Virus record (IMG/VR): IMGVR_UViG_3300027974_001900
Coordinates: 32,001-96,000 of that record
Length of the DNA stretch: 64,000 nucleotides
Source: a virus
Direction: 5' to 3' (one strand)
In this document: positions 49,622 to 59,445 of the stretch, piece after piece
Position numbering within the stretch: the stretch's first letter is position 1
Layout: each line of letters begins with the position of its first letter
The notes under the pieces: model-generated
Told to the model about the DNA's origin: nothing
The model's database searches: none
The model's input: only the letters and a program-made list of their open reading frames with translations
Position numbers and translations under genes: made by a program

Positions 49622-50551
49622 TTAAATTCCTCTTATGTTTGGATAGTTTTCTTCTAGCCACTTACAGGTTTCCTTTAATCCGTCTTCTAGGTTGGTATAA
49701 TTATTAATATCCCATCCTAGTGACAAAAATTTAGAATTATCTGACATTCTTCTATGCTGACCTTCGGAAAACTTTTCGTCCCATTTAATTTCTCCTTCAT
49801 AGTTATAAATTTTTGAAATTAAATTTGCTAAATCTCTTATACTAATTTCGTTCGTATTACCAACATTTATAGATTCAGTTTCGTTGTAGTTTTCTAAACA
49901 AAAAAGAATAATTTTTGCTAAATCATTTGAATAAGTAAACTCTCTCTTTGCACTACCATTTCCCCATAAAACTACTTCTTTATTAAATTTTTTAGCTTCA
50001 AATATTTTTCTCATTATTGATGGTATAACATGTGCATTATTTAAATCAAAATTATCATATGGTCCATAAAGATTGTTTGGTATTATACAAATAAAATTAT
50101 CTCCATATTGTTCTTTATAAGCTCTAGAATGTATGTCCATCATTCTTTTAGAAAAACCATAGCCATAATTTGAATGGTGACTTAATCCATTATGTATGTC
50201 TTTTTCTTTTAATGGCAAAGGAGCATTAAAGGGGTATATACAAGTGCTAAGTATAGAAATTAATTTTTTTACCTTAAAATCATGGCACGCTTTAACTACA
50301 TTTGTATTTATTAAAACATTTTCTGTAAAAAAATCAGCTTGAGAATATAAATTTGCTTTTAATCCCCCGACTTTTGCGGCTAGGTGAACAACATATTCAG
50401 GTCTATATTTTTCAAAAACTTCTCTAGTTTGTATTGGGTCTTGTAAATTTATTTTACTATCAAGATATATTGCACCTGGCAAGATTTTTTGTAAGGCTCT
50501 GCCCGCCATTCCGCTTCCACCAGTTACTAAAATTTTTTCATTATTTATCAT
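49622..50551 (-). CDS. fcl: GDP-L-fucose synthase / ColC-like epimerase-reductase
   Basis: GGSGMAG, HLAAKVGG, LSTCIYP, YGFSK, PNNLYGPYDNF, HVIP and WGNGSAKREF. Confidence 0.92.
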   Translation of the reverse strand: MINNEKILVTGGSGMAGRALQKILPGAIYLDSKINLQDPIQTREVFEKYRPEYVVHLAAKVGGLKANLYSQADFFTENVLINTNVVKACHDFKVKKLISILSTCIYPFNAPLPLKEKDIHNGLSHHSNYGYGFSKRMMDIHSRAYKEQYGDNFICIIPNNLYGPYDNFDLNNAHVIPSIMRKIFEAKKFNKEVVLWGNGSAKREFTYSNDLAKIILFCLENYNETESINVGNTNEISIRDLANLISKIYNYEGEIKWDEKFSEGQHRRMSDNSKFLSLGWDINNYTNLEDGLKETCKWLEENYPNIRGI

Positions 50552-51809
50552 TAATATCCTCCGAAGAAATTATAGTAAATTTAGGACATGGTACTATAAA
50601 TTTACCACCATTGTTTAAATAATTTCTTTCTCTCTCGGTAAATTCTTTTATAAAGTGCCAAGGAAGAATTAATAAATAATCAGGCTTTTCGCTTCTCATT
50701 TGTTCTTCTGATATAATTGGAATATTTGTTCCCGCTGTTCTTAGCCCGTGTTTATATGGTGAACGATCAGCAATTGCGGTTATTTGAGCATTATCAAGAC
50801 CATACCATTGGATAAGAGTATTTCCTTTTGTCGAAGCTCCATAGCCATAAATTGTTTTATTTTTCTCTTTTTCTTGTTTTATAAATGAAACCATTTTTTC
50901 TTTTAAAGAACAAATATCATTATAAAAATTAATATATGTTTCTGGATTATTAATTTGCAAACTTTCTTCATATTTTAATAAAGATTCAATTCTAAAATTT
51001 GCAACGTCTCTCTTTTGTTGGTCTCTAAACCTAGTTTTATCCGCTTCTTTTTTCATCAAAAATACTCTAAAGCTTCCACCATTTACATCATTTAAAGTAC
51101 AATCAACTATATCAAACCCCACCTTATCCATTAAGTATTTAATCGAAGATAGTGAATAATATGTTATATGCTCATGGCAGATATTATCAAAAGCCATTTG
51201 TCTTAACATTAAAGGAGTATAACTTAATTGAATGACCCAAATTCCATTATCTTCTAATATTTCTTTAACATCATTACAAAAAGAAATTGGATTATCTAAA
51301 TCATAAAACATTGCAATAGTAGTAACTATTTTTGCTTTTTTACTACCATATTTTCCAGATTTATATGCCTTGGCTGAAAAATAATCTTGTATTACTTCGT
51401 CTGCTTTTTTAGACGATTCTGTATGATAAGAATCGTCACTCGGATCTATGCCTAACTTAACAAGATGACTAGGAACATAATCAAATAAAGTTCCATCATT
51501 ACAGGCTATATCTAAAAAAATATCTCCTTCTTTTGTTTTAACCGATTTTAAACAGCTATCGACAACATCTTTTAATTCATCTTTCATTGTTTGATTGGTT
51601 CCAGAACGATACCAATATCTTCCATACATCTTTTCTTGTGGTATGGTATCTTCTAGTTGCAACAGCCCAGATTTTTCACATAATTTTAATTTTAACTCAC
51701 ATTCACCAGCTCTTGGCTGTTCGTTTTCTGTTAAAAAATCAGACATATATATATTGCCCAAAGAAAATACTTCTTTTGTTTCTTCACCCGAAATTCTACA
51801 TTTAGACAT
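50541..51809 (-). CDS. NDP-hexose C-3 methyltransferase (class I SAM-dependent)
   Basis: YWYRSG, LDIACNDGTL, FDNICHEH, YGASTKGNT and PDYLLILPWHF. Confidence 0.88.
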   Translation of the reverse strand: MSKCRISGEETKEVFSLGNIYMSDFLTENEQPRAGECELKLKLCEKSGLLQLEDTIPQEKMYGRYWYRSGTNQTMKDELKDVVDSCLKSVKTKEGDIFLDIACNDGTLFDYVPSHLVKLGIDPSDDSYHTESSKKADEVIQDYFSAKAYKSGKYGSKKAKIVTTIAMFYDLDNPISFCNDVKEILEDNGIWVIQLSYTPLMLRQMAFDNICHEHITYYSLSSIKYLMDKVGFDIVDCTLNDVNGGSFRVFLMKKEADKTRFRDQQKRDVANFRIESLLKYEESLQINNPETYINFYNDICSLKEKMVSFIKQEKEKNKTIYGYGASTKGNTLIQWYGLDNAQITAIADRSPYKHGLRTAGTNIPIISEEQMRSEKPDYLLILPWHFIKEFTERERNYLNNGGKFIVPCPKFTIISSEDINDK

Positions 51810-52115
51810 TTAATCCTCGCTTTTAAAAAATATTAAACTATTAACCGCTTTATCGCATATGAATAAATCATAAGCTGGTTTACCGAATTTTATTGAATGA
51901 TATTTGACATTCCAATCACTAAGCTGTTTTTTTGTTATTTGTTCCCAATTTATACCAGTTAATGTTCCTCTTGCTGTCCAATAAACTATATTATTACCAT
52001 CGTCATATAGTTTGTTTATTTTTTCAATATTTTGTTTTATAGGAATTGATTTTGCATAATTTCTATCTTCTGGTGTTATGCAAATCGTTTCGTCTATATC
52101 TACATAGATTATCAT
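51810..52115 (-). CDS. Small HAD-family phosphatase (capsule biosynthesis type)
   Basis: VDIDETIC (DxD), WTARG and GKPAYDLFICDKA. Confidence 0.8.
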   Translation of the reverse strand: MIIYVDIDETICITPEDRNYAKSIPIKQNIEKINKLYDDGNNIVYWTARGTLTGINWEQITKKQLSDWNVKYHSIKFGKPAYDLFICDKAVNSLIFFKSED

Positions 52116-52927
52116 TTTCCTCTCAAAGATTTTTTCTTTTCTATTTCACTTCCGACTAGTTCTCTTGGGGCTGCACTTCCTAAGGCAGATTCTATATCTC
52201 TTATACCTTTTACAAGTTTAATTAAACCTTGAGGCTCAATTGATGCCATATGATCACTACCCCACATTGTTCTATCTAAAGTTATGTGTCTTTCAATCCA
52301 AGTTACTCCCATCGCAATGGTTGCAAAAGTTGTAACTAATCCATATTCGTGCCCACTATATCCAACTTCTTTTTTATATTTTTCTTTTAAAAAGTTAATA
52401 TAATTTAAATTTAATTCATTTATTTTAGATGGATAGCTAGAATTTGTATGAAAGATAACATCAGGATTACCCAAAGATACTGCTTTTTCTATTTCCTCTT
52501 CGGTGCTCATACCAGTTGACATGAGCAAATAATCAAATTTTTTTCTAGAATATTGTAATAATTCATCTTCTGTTATTAGAGCAGATGGTATCTTACCAAT
52601 TGATTTAAAATTAGACATAAAGTCTACAGATGGTGTATCCCATACAGATGCAAACCATCCTATATTATTATTTTTACAGTATTTGTCAATTTCTTGATAT
52701 TCTTTTTCTTCAAACTCAATCTTCTTTTTGTATTCAATATAAGTCATTTCACCCCACGGAGTTTGTCTTAACTTATATTTTTGCTCTTCTGGGACGCAAA
52801 TATCAGGAGTTCTTTTTTGAAATTTTACATAATCACACCCGGCAACTTTTGCGACATCAATTAATTTTTTTGCCGTTTCAACACTACCATTGTGATTTAT
52901 TCCAATTTCAGCTATTATTTTTACCAT
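52112..52927 (-). CDS. neuB: N-acetylneuraminate (nonulosonate) synthase, NeuB family, without C-terminal SAF domain
   Basis: IAEIGINHNG, VKFQKR, KIPSA, STGM, GYSGHE and IERHITLDR..GSDH. Confidence 0.92.
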   Translation of the reverse strand: MVKIIAEIGINHNGSVETAKKLIDVAKVAGCDYVKFQKRTPDICVPEEQKYKLRQTPWGEMTYIEYKKKIEFEEKEYQEIDKYCKNNNIGWFASVWDTPSVDFMSNFKSIGKIPSALITEDELLQYSRKKFDYLLMSTGMSTEEEIEKAVSLGNPDVIFHTNSSYPSKINELNLNYINFLKEKYKKEVGYSGHEYGLVTTFATIAMGVTWIERHITLDRTMWGSDHMASIEPQGLIKLVKGIRDIESALGSAAPRELVGSEIEKKKSLRGK

Positions 52928-53552
52928 TGTATTTCTCCAAATCTTTTTGATAATCTACATCAATAACATTATTAATTGGAAAATAGATTGTATTATCATT
53001 ATACAGATTTTCATTCAGATTTTTAATTTCTTTTGTTTTAAAAATACAAATAAAATGACTTAATTCAAAACATTTTGGATAATCTTGCCTTCTGAAGAGG
53101 TTATGATTAACTAACTGTTTTCCTTTGTTATCTTCTAATTCATATAACATTAAGAATGGGTGTGCCTCAACCTTTTTTTTGCATAAAAGTGAGTCAGCAT
53201 TGTTTGAGGAAAAAAATAAAATTGCCGACTTAACATCTTCCCAAGTTCTTTCTGGATATGTTAAGTATAGCATTAGTATTATCTCTTGATCATTTATCTT
53301 GCAAATATCTACCACATTTTGCAGCACGCTTTTTGTTGATGTTGTATCTTGCGCTAAATCTTCTTCTCTTTTTAAGAGAAATATATCTTCTGAGAAAAAT
53401 TTTGCTTGTTCTAGAATGATGTCGTCGTCGCTAGATATAATTACATCTTTTAATTTATCCTTTGGTATTTTTTCTAATGTATGTAACAAAAGATTTCTGT
53501 TTTTAAATGGTAAACCTTTTGAATTTTTTCGAGCAGGTATTATTATTTTCAT
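52908..53552 (-). CDS. neuA: Acylneuraminate cytidylyltransferase (NeuA family)
   Basis: IIIPARKNSKGLPFKN, SSDD, LAQD, RRQD and IDVD. Confidence 0.88.
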   Translation of the reverse strand: MKIIIPARKNSKGLPFKNRNLLLHTLEKIPKDKLKDVIISSDDDIILEQAKFFSEDIFLLKREEDLAQDTTSTKSVLQNVVDICKINDQEIILMLYLTYPERTWEDVKSAILFFSSNNADSLLCKKKVEAHPFLMLYELEDNKGKQLVNHNLFRRQDYPKCFELSHFICIFKTKEIKNLNENLYNDNTIYFPINNVIDVDYQKDLEKYNGKNNS

Positions 53553-54412
53553 AATAAAAATTCACCAAATTCTAATGTATTATACCAAGATTCTTTGTTT
53601 AAATTAATAATAGATATCCCTCTATTTTTAGCACTCTCATTAAGAACTTTTATATCATTTTCAAGATTTGCTCTAATTGGAGTCCAAGAATTTGGACCTA
53701 AATCTTTATACATCCAGTCGGTTTTTGTTTTATCTGCGTATCCCTTACTATAATCTAAGTCCATACCAGAAACATAAATTGGGTTACACCCCATAATTAT
53801 TGCAAATGCAATCGCATGAAAAGAAACAGTGTCTCCAGTACTATAATGTTCATTGAAATTTGCTATATTCATTAAATATTCTTGTATTGTAATTCTTGGC
53901 GGAATATTCATTGAACAGCATTTGCCATCTGTAGCAAAACCAAAATTTCCTAAATGCCTTGGCGGTTGCCACATTGAACTGTTGTTACCATAATCTTTAA
54001 AATCAAAATTTTTATTTTTTACATAATATTCTTTAAAGTCTCTTAGAATTTGTAAACAATCTTTTCCTTTCCAGTGACGTTGATCATACGCAAGCCATTC
54101 AAAATTAGCATTTTCTTCAATTAATTTTTTATCTGTAAAATCTCCATCATCGGAAAAAAATACAGGTAATTTATTAATATTTAAAAAATTTAAATAATTT
54201 TTGATAGCAAATTCTGCATTACTTAATATCCAATAATCTGGCTTATCCTCAAAATAATCCCACCAATTATTTACAGAAAATCTAATAATATTTTTATTTT
54301 TATGCGCATTTATAATTTTTTCTTTGTCGTTATTCAAACTTGGGCCGTGGCCAGCAATAACACAAGGAACATTTTTATGTCTATCTAATATGTCTTTATA
54401 ATCTAATCTCAT
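53549..54412 (-). CDS. Maf/DUF115- or GT42-like putative nonulosonate transferase
   Basis: CVIAGHGPSL...STG..AIAFAIIMGCNPIYVSGMDLDY, a pattern shared by Maf and CstII-like transferases. Adjacent to neuA. Confidence 0.65.
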   Translation of the reverse strand: MRLDYKDILDRHKNVPCVIAGHGPSLNNDKEKIINAHKNKNIIRFSVNNWWDYFEDKPDYWILSNAEFAIKNYLNFLNINKLPVFFSDDGDFTDKKLIEENANFEWLAYDQRHWKGKDCLQILRDFKEYYVKNKNFDFKDYGNNSSMWQPPRHLGNFGFATDGKCCSMNIPPRITIQEYLMNIANFNEHYSTGDTVSFHAIAFAIIMGCNPIYVSGMDLDYSKGYADKTKTDWMYKDLGPNSWTPIRANLENDIKVLNESAKNRGISIINLNKESWYNTLEFGEFLL

Positions 54413-54419
54413 ATTATCT

Positions 54420-55307
54420 CTATAGTTTTATTTCCAAAGAATTTATAATTTTATCAAATATGATATCATCATAGTTTAAATAATCGTTCATGAATATATC
54501 ATAATTAATTGTGATATATTCTAACATAGATTTGTATTTCTTTTCAGAAATCTCCTCTTTTAATATATTAATTAAATCATCTGGGCTATTAAATTTTATT
54601 ATACCTCTCTCGTCAAAAAATTCTCCAATATTATCACAACCCCAATATACCGGTACTGTTCCACAGGCAAAACAATCTAATATTTTATCAGCAAAATAAT
54701 TCTTTCTTTTTGCATTTTCTATAGCAAGTTGAAACATAAAATCCACAGTTCCTTCTGCTTTTAATTTTATATGTCTATTACATCCATTACCAAATAGTTC
54801 TATTTTATCATATGATATTTTTGGTAATAAACTATCCGCTATTATATGTCTTAATCTATGACCAAAAAGCCAAGTTTTTTCAGAATATACCATTGAGATA
54901 AGTTTATTTTTTTGATGTATCTTACAATCTTTATCTCCAAGACCAGTTGAGTCAGGATTCATAAAAATATATTTATTTTTATTTTTTTTTAGTAATTCTT
55001 CATCGTGTGTTAAAATTAAATCAAAATTTTTTTCATATTTTTGTATCTCATCATATATGTGTGGCAATAAATCTCTAGGTTCTTGTAAAATAGCGACTTT
55101 AAATTTTGAATTAATAACCTCACTTAGAAAGAAAACTTTATCTGTAAATAAAGTTACGCCGTCCCAGTTTTTTTCGTTTTTTACATATTGTATTTTTTTT
55201 GGAGATCTAAGTTCTCCTGGCACTTCCCCCGCTGCTCTCATAATAGATTCTACAAATGAATTTGCATAAACAGAATCGTCTATCATATTAACAGTTAATT
55301 TTTTCAT
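54420..55307 (-). CDS. GT10 (alpha-1,3-fucosyltransferase-like) glycosyltransferase
   Basis: FQLAIENAKRKNYFADKILDCFACGTVPVYWG matches the GT10 motif F.L.FEN....Y.TEK......VP.Y.G. Confidence 0.8.
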   Translation of the reverse strand: MKKLTVNMIDDSVYANSFVESIMRAAGEVPGELRSPKKIQYVKNEKNWDGVTLFTDKVFFLSEVINSKFKVAILQEPRDLLPHIYDEIQKYEKNFDLILTHDEELLKKNKNKYIFMNPDSTGLGDKDCKIHQKNKLISMVYSEKTWLFGHRLRHIIADSLLPKISYDKIELFGNGCNRHIKLKAEGTVDFMFQLAIENAKRKNYFADKILDCFACGTVPVYWGCDNIGEFFDERGIIKFNSPDDLINILKEEISEKKYKSMLEYITINYDIFMNDYLNYDDIIFDKIINSLEIKL

Positions 55308-57319
55308 TTTGTCACACCTATTTCTTCAATTTTTGTTTTACAAGCTGCGACTCTTCTTCCCCACCATAAAATTTCAGTTCCCCAAGAATAATAATCACCA
55401 TTGAAGTTTTTTGCATTGAATTGCAATTTATTTTGTTTTTCTAACAAATTTTCTTTTTTATGTATCACATTATTAATGTTATGTACAAAAGAACTTTCAA
55501 TCGGATAATTTTTGTTTGGATCTAAAATTGCACATTCTTGATATTTTATTAATTCTTTTAGCAAAGAATCTGGAATATCAAAATTTTCTTTTATCACTTT
55601 ATAAACTTCCTCGTAGAATTTTTCTTTATTCTGATTTATTTTCATTGCCGTGGCTTCTTCAAAATCCCATGCGTAATTTTCTCTTACGTCTTCTACGATT
55701 CTTCCCCACGGGAATTTACAATCTAATATTTTGTCTAGAGTATCTGCTGTTTCTTTTAATTCATTGCCGATAAAAGTATTTGGATTATTTATCATATATT
55801 CAAGAAAAGTGCTATAAAATTTTTTATATGACACATTATATGCTGTTCTCATAAATCTACTGATATACTGTAGATATCCTAGATAATGCCCAAACATAAA
55901 AAGCCATCTATAATAATGACATTTTTTATATTCATCATGAGTCATGGTATTGCTACCAACTACCATCTCTTCTCTTTCAAATTCATTGTGTTTTGTGAGA
56001 TCAAGATGTTGAAAAGCAGTATAGGTTTCTATAACTTTTAGCCCATATTGTTCCCTATATTCTTTGGATCCAAATGGAGTATTTGGCAAAGAGGTGAGAG
56101 AATATATTCCGATATAGTTGTGTTGTTCTAATTCTATTATTTGACAAATACCATCAATAAAACTTTCTAAAGTTTCTTCTGGAAGCCCTAGAATAACCTC
56201 CATATAGCTGGGCAATTCTGTTTGATTATATAAATCTAAAAATTCTTTTAATTTTCCATTGTCAACATTTTTTCTTTTTATTGCTTTTAAAACATTTGGA
56301 TTCATAGATTGAACTGCTATTGTAATTCCTTTATCCATTTGTGCTTCATAAAAAGTTTTTGCCAAATCTAATACTTCATCAGCTTTATTTTTAGCCCAAT
56401 CACAACGGTGTTTTTCTGGATATCCATTTTCTTTTTTCTTTTTTACCAAATATTCAGTTACATGTTTATGCTCTGGCAACATACCAAAATTGGAATCTGC
56501 ATTATAAACAAAAACCACTTTATTATCTGATAACCAATCTACTTCTTTTAGAACTTTTTCTAAAACTGGAGTTCTAATTCTTTGATAATATTTTGTTCCA
56601 ATCTCACAAAATGTACACTGATACGGACAGCCCCTAGTTGTTTCAATTGTTGCCTCTAGTTTATATGGGCAGTCTTTTATTAGTTCATCAAATAGTCCGT
56701 TTAAATACGGGCTAGGCATCGTTGATAGGTCTTCTATTCTAGGTCTTACTGATGTTACATACGTATCGTCCTCAAATATTAAATCAGCTGTTTTTATTTC
56801 TATTAAATCAATACTATTTTTTATAATATTTTTTATTTTACGGTGTTCTTTATCAATAAGAGACATTTTTATCGAACAGCCTAGAACATTATGCCACTCT
56901 TTTTTGTCTTTAAGATGTTCTAAGAGAATATCTTTAAACGCCTCCTCTCCTTCTCCATGAACTATTATATCAACATATGGGTGCTCTTTAAAAAAGTTTT
57001 GACTTCTATCAGCAATTGGCGGCTGCCATCCACCATATACAATTATACAATCTGGATACTTTTCTTTTATTTTTTTCGCCATTTTATTATTAAAATGCCA
57101 ATTCCAAACAAAAGTATTAAATCCTATTACAGAAGGATTTTTTATTTTTTCTAATATTAGATCTATATCTTCTCGATAATAAAACCATCCATCTAATTTA
57201 TAATTATTAGATATTGTTTCATTTCTTAAACAATTTGACCAAATTAAACCAGTACTATATGGTAATTTAACCTGTCCAACTAGTACATCATTTATTTCAA
57301 ATAGATAAAGATTGTTCAT
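55304..57319 (-). CDS. Cobalamin-dependent radical SAM enzyme
   Basis: N-terminal B12-binding domain (IVYGG, VHGEGE), ETTRGCPYQCTFC, DSNFG and ILGLPEET. Confidence 0.88.
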   Translation of the reverse strand: MNNLYLFEINDVLVGQVKLPYSTGLIWSNCLRNETISNNYKLDGWFYYREDIDLILEKIKNPSVIGFNTFVWNWHFNNKMAKKIKEKYPDCIIVYGGWQPPIADRSQNFFKEHPYVDIIVHGEGEEAFKDILLEHLKDKKEWHNVLGCSIKMSLIDKEHRKIKNIIKNSIDLIEIKTADLIFEDDTYVTSVRPRIEDLSTMPSPYLNGLFDELIKDCPYKLEATIETTRGCPYQCTFCEIGTKYYQRIRTPVLEKVLKEVDWLSDNKVVFVYNADSNFGMLPEHKHVTEYLVKKKKENGYPEKHRCDWAKNKADEVLDLAKTFYEAQMDKGITIAVQSMNPNVLKAIKRKNVDNGKLKEFLDLYNQTELPSYMEVILGLPEETLESFIDGICQIIELEQHNYIGIYSLTSLPNTPFGSKEYREQYGLKVIETYTAFQHLDLTKHNEFEREEMVVGSNTMTHDEYKKCHYYRWLFMFGHYLGYLQYISRFMRTAYNVSYKKFYSTFLEYMINNPNTFIGNELKETADTLDKILDCKFPWGRIVEDVRENYAWDFEEATAMKINQNKEKFYEEVYKVIKENFDIPDSLLKELIKYQECAILDPNKNYPIESSFVHNINNVIHKKENLLEKQNKLQFNAKNFNGDYYSWGTEILWWGRRVAACKTKIEEIGVTK

Positions 57320-57993
57320 TTTTTTTCTCTAAAAATATTGTGTTTTCTTAAATCGTGATATGTTTTATTAGATCCATTATCTTTATTTTCTTTCTGCATT
57401 ATATCAAAAGCTAATATACCTTGTGCTGCAATCTCTGGCGGCATATACATATTCCATCCCATAATAGTAAAGATTTCATCTTCATACATTGTATTTTTAT
57501 GTGGGTGACGACCTTTTGCCCTAGCGGCTTTAAACCATTCTACTGCTTTTTCGTCATTTGTCAATATCATTCCGCCTTTTGTAAGTTTTAAAATTTTTTT
57601 TCTATGAAAGGATAAACATTGATATGAATCTTTTATATACATATTTTTAGTAAATCTTTGAGCACTATCATATATCGGATATGGTGATAACTGATATAAA
57701 CCCGACCATTCAATTTCATTTAATTCAAAATCACACCCAGCATGTTTTATTAACATCGGCAATGAAACGTATGTATTACATGGTATTTTTATTGTACCAT
57801 TAGCATTTAAATATTTTAAACACAAAAACAAAGCATCGGTACAATTATCAACAGCAACCGCAAATTTACTTCCAGCAAATTCTGCAATCTTTTTTTCAAA
57901 AATATCAACAGCATCCCAAGGGGTATTTATTTTATATCCTTTTTTTTGTAATTCTTCTAGAGCATATTCTCTTAATGGATCATATTCTAACAT
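57316..57993 (-). CDS. Short DegT/DnrJ-family PLP aminotransferase
   Basis: FEKKIAEFAGSKFAVAVDNCT, DSAQ and SFHRKKIL..KGGMILTND (catalytic Lys region retained). Only 225 aa. Confidence 0.75.
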   Translation of the reverse strand: MLEYDPLREYALEELQKKGYKINTPWDAVDIFEKKIAEFAGSKFAVAVDNCTDALFLCLKYLNANGTIKIPCNTYVSLPMLIKHAGCDFELNEIEWSGLYQLSPYPIYDSAQRFTKNMYIKDSYQCLSFHRKKILKLTKGGMILTNDEKAVEWFKAARAKGRHPHKNTMYEDEIFTIMGWNMYMPPEIAAQGILAFDIMQKENKDNGSNKTYHDLRKHNIFREKK

Positions 57994-57998
57994 TTTAA

Positions 57999-58655
57999 TT
58001 ATTCCTTATTGAACAGAGTGTAATATTCTCCGGGAGCAAACTTTTTCCCATAAAAACTAAATTTTTTCTCTTCTTTGTTATATCTATCATATGGAAGAAT
58101 TCTAAAGTCAAAACTAACTCTAGTTTTTCCAGTTGTATTAAGTTTATTTCCGTGCCTACATCTATTACCGTTAAATATTGCATATTCACCAACAGACATT
58201 TCAATTGGCTTATAATCTTCTAAGCCAGGAACCGATTCTATCCATGTACAGTTTGTATCATAACACTTTGTTAGTGGAATTTGAAAATTTATTTCCCACT
58301 CTGGGTGTCCATGATCTTCATCGTTATCATAGTGCCATTTAGAAACGGCTGTTTGATTTGGTACTTGAACTCTAAATGATGGAAATGCTTGATAAAGAAA
58401 ACTTTTACTAAATTGAGGAGCTATAACTTCTTTAACGAAATCTTCATATACTTTTTTTATTTCATCCCAATTTTTTAGCTTATCATAAAAAATTTTATGA
58501 AAATGTGTTTCTGCTTCGTTTTTTTGTTCTAATTTTTTTGATCCACAAAGCTCTAGATCTATTAAGTGTAATTCTGTTAAATCTTTTATTTGATAAAGAT
58601 CCTCAACTAATTTAACAAAGTCAAATTTTTGTTTTTCATAATTTTTTATAATCAT
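57999..58655 (-). CDS. 2OG-Fe(II) dioxygenase-like protein (StrG-like)
   Basis: YQAFPSFRVQVP, WHYD (HxD), HGNKLN and TRVSFDFR. Confidence 0.7.
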   Translation of the reverse strand: MIIKNYEKQKFDFVKLVEDLYQIKDLTELHLIDLELCGSKKLEQKNEAETHFHKIFYDKLKNWDEIKKVYEDFVKEVIAPQFSKSFLYQAFPSFRVQVPNQTAVSKWHYDNDEDHGHPEWEINFQIPLTKCYDTNCTWIESVPGLEDYKPIEMSVGEYAIFNGNRCRHGNKLNTTGKTRVSFDFRILPYDRYNKEEKKFSFYGKKFAPGEYYTLFNKE

Positions 58656-58665
58656 TTATCTTCTC

Positions 58666-59445
58666 CTAAATTACAATCCAATTTTCTGGTATTAAATCTT
58701 TTATATTTAAATGGCTATTTTTATGAGCAAACCAATTTTTTGGAGCAATAATTTGTTTATCTTTATTCTGGTTTAACCACGCTGCCCACCACGAAAAAGA
58801 ACTATTGGCTATTATATTATTTTTTATTTTTGACATTAAATATAAATCTAACACATCGTCTTGGTTATCTATAAAAATATTTTTATCATTATTAAAAGTG
58901 TTTTTGCACCACTCAATATCGTCGCTAAAAAACACAAAACTTTTATCTTTAAAAAGACTCATAGATTTATCGTAATACTCTTTATTTAATACAGTATGAT
59001 AATCAGAAAGCCTTAAATAATCGCCTCTCCTTATGTGAACAGAAACATAATCCTCGGTGAAAATTTTATCATATTTTTTGTTTATAAAATTTTCAACTTC
59101 TTTTATTGGTTTAAAAAGTTCTAATATTTTTTCTCTATTGTGTGAAAAATATTTTTCTGATTGGAAATAACCCTTAAGAAGTAAATTTGGTTTATAATCT
59201 ATTTTTAAATAAGATTGATCTTCTGGTTCATAATGAGTATTCTCAATAAAATTAAAACTATCTGTAAAATTTAAATTTTTATAAATAGTTTTAAAGTAAA
59301 TTTGTGTTTGTTTGTCGCTTGGTATTATACCACTGGACTTGTACGGAAAAACACATTTATCATTATTATCTAAAGCCAAAGAATAAGCCGTAGATATTAT
59401 AAACATCTGATTACCGAGTCTTCCTAGTAATTCTGCCGCTATCAT
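58666..59445 (-). CDS. GT11 alpha-1,2-fucosyl/colitosyltransferase
   Basis: GRLGNQMF, GYFQSEKYF, SVHIRRGDY, FSDDIEWC and IANSSFSWWAA. Confidence 0.92.
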   Translation of the reverse strand: MIAAELLGRLGNQMFIISTAYSLALDNNDKCVFPYKSSGIIPSDKQTQIYFKTIYKNLNFTDSFNFIENTHYEPEDQSYLKIDYKPNLLLKGYFQSEKYFSHNREKILELFKPIKEVENFINKKYDKIFTEDYVSVHIRRGDYLRLSDYHTVLNKEYYDKSMSLFKDKSFVFFSDDIEWCKNTFNNDKNIFIDNQDDVLDLYLMSKIKNNIIANSSFSWWAAWLNQNKDKQIIAPKNWFAHKNSHLNIKDLIPENWIVI

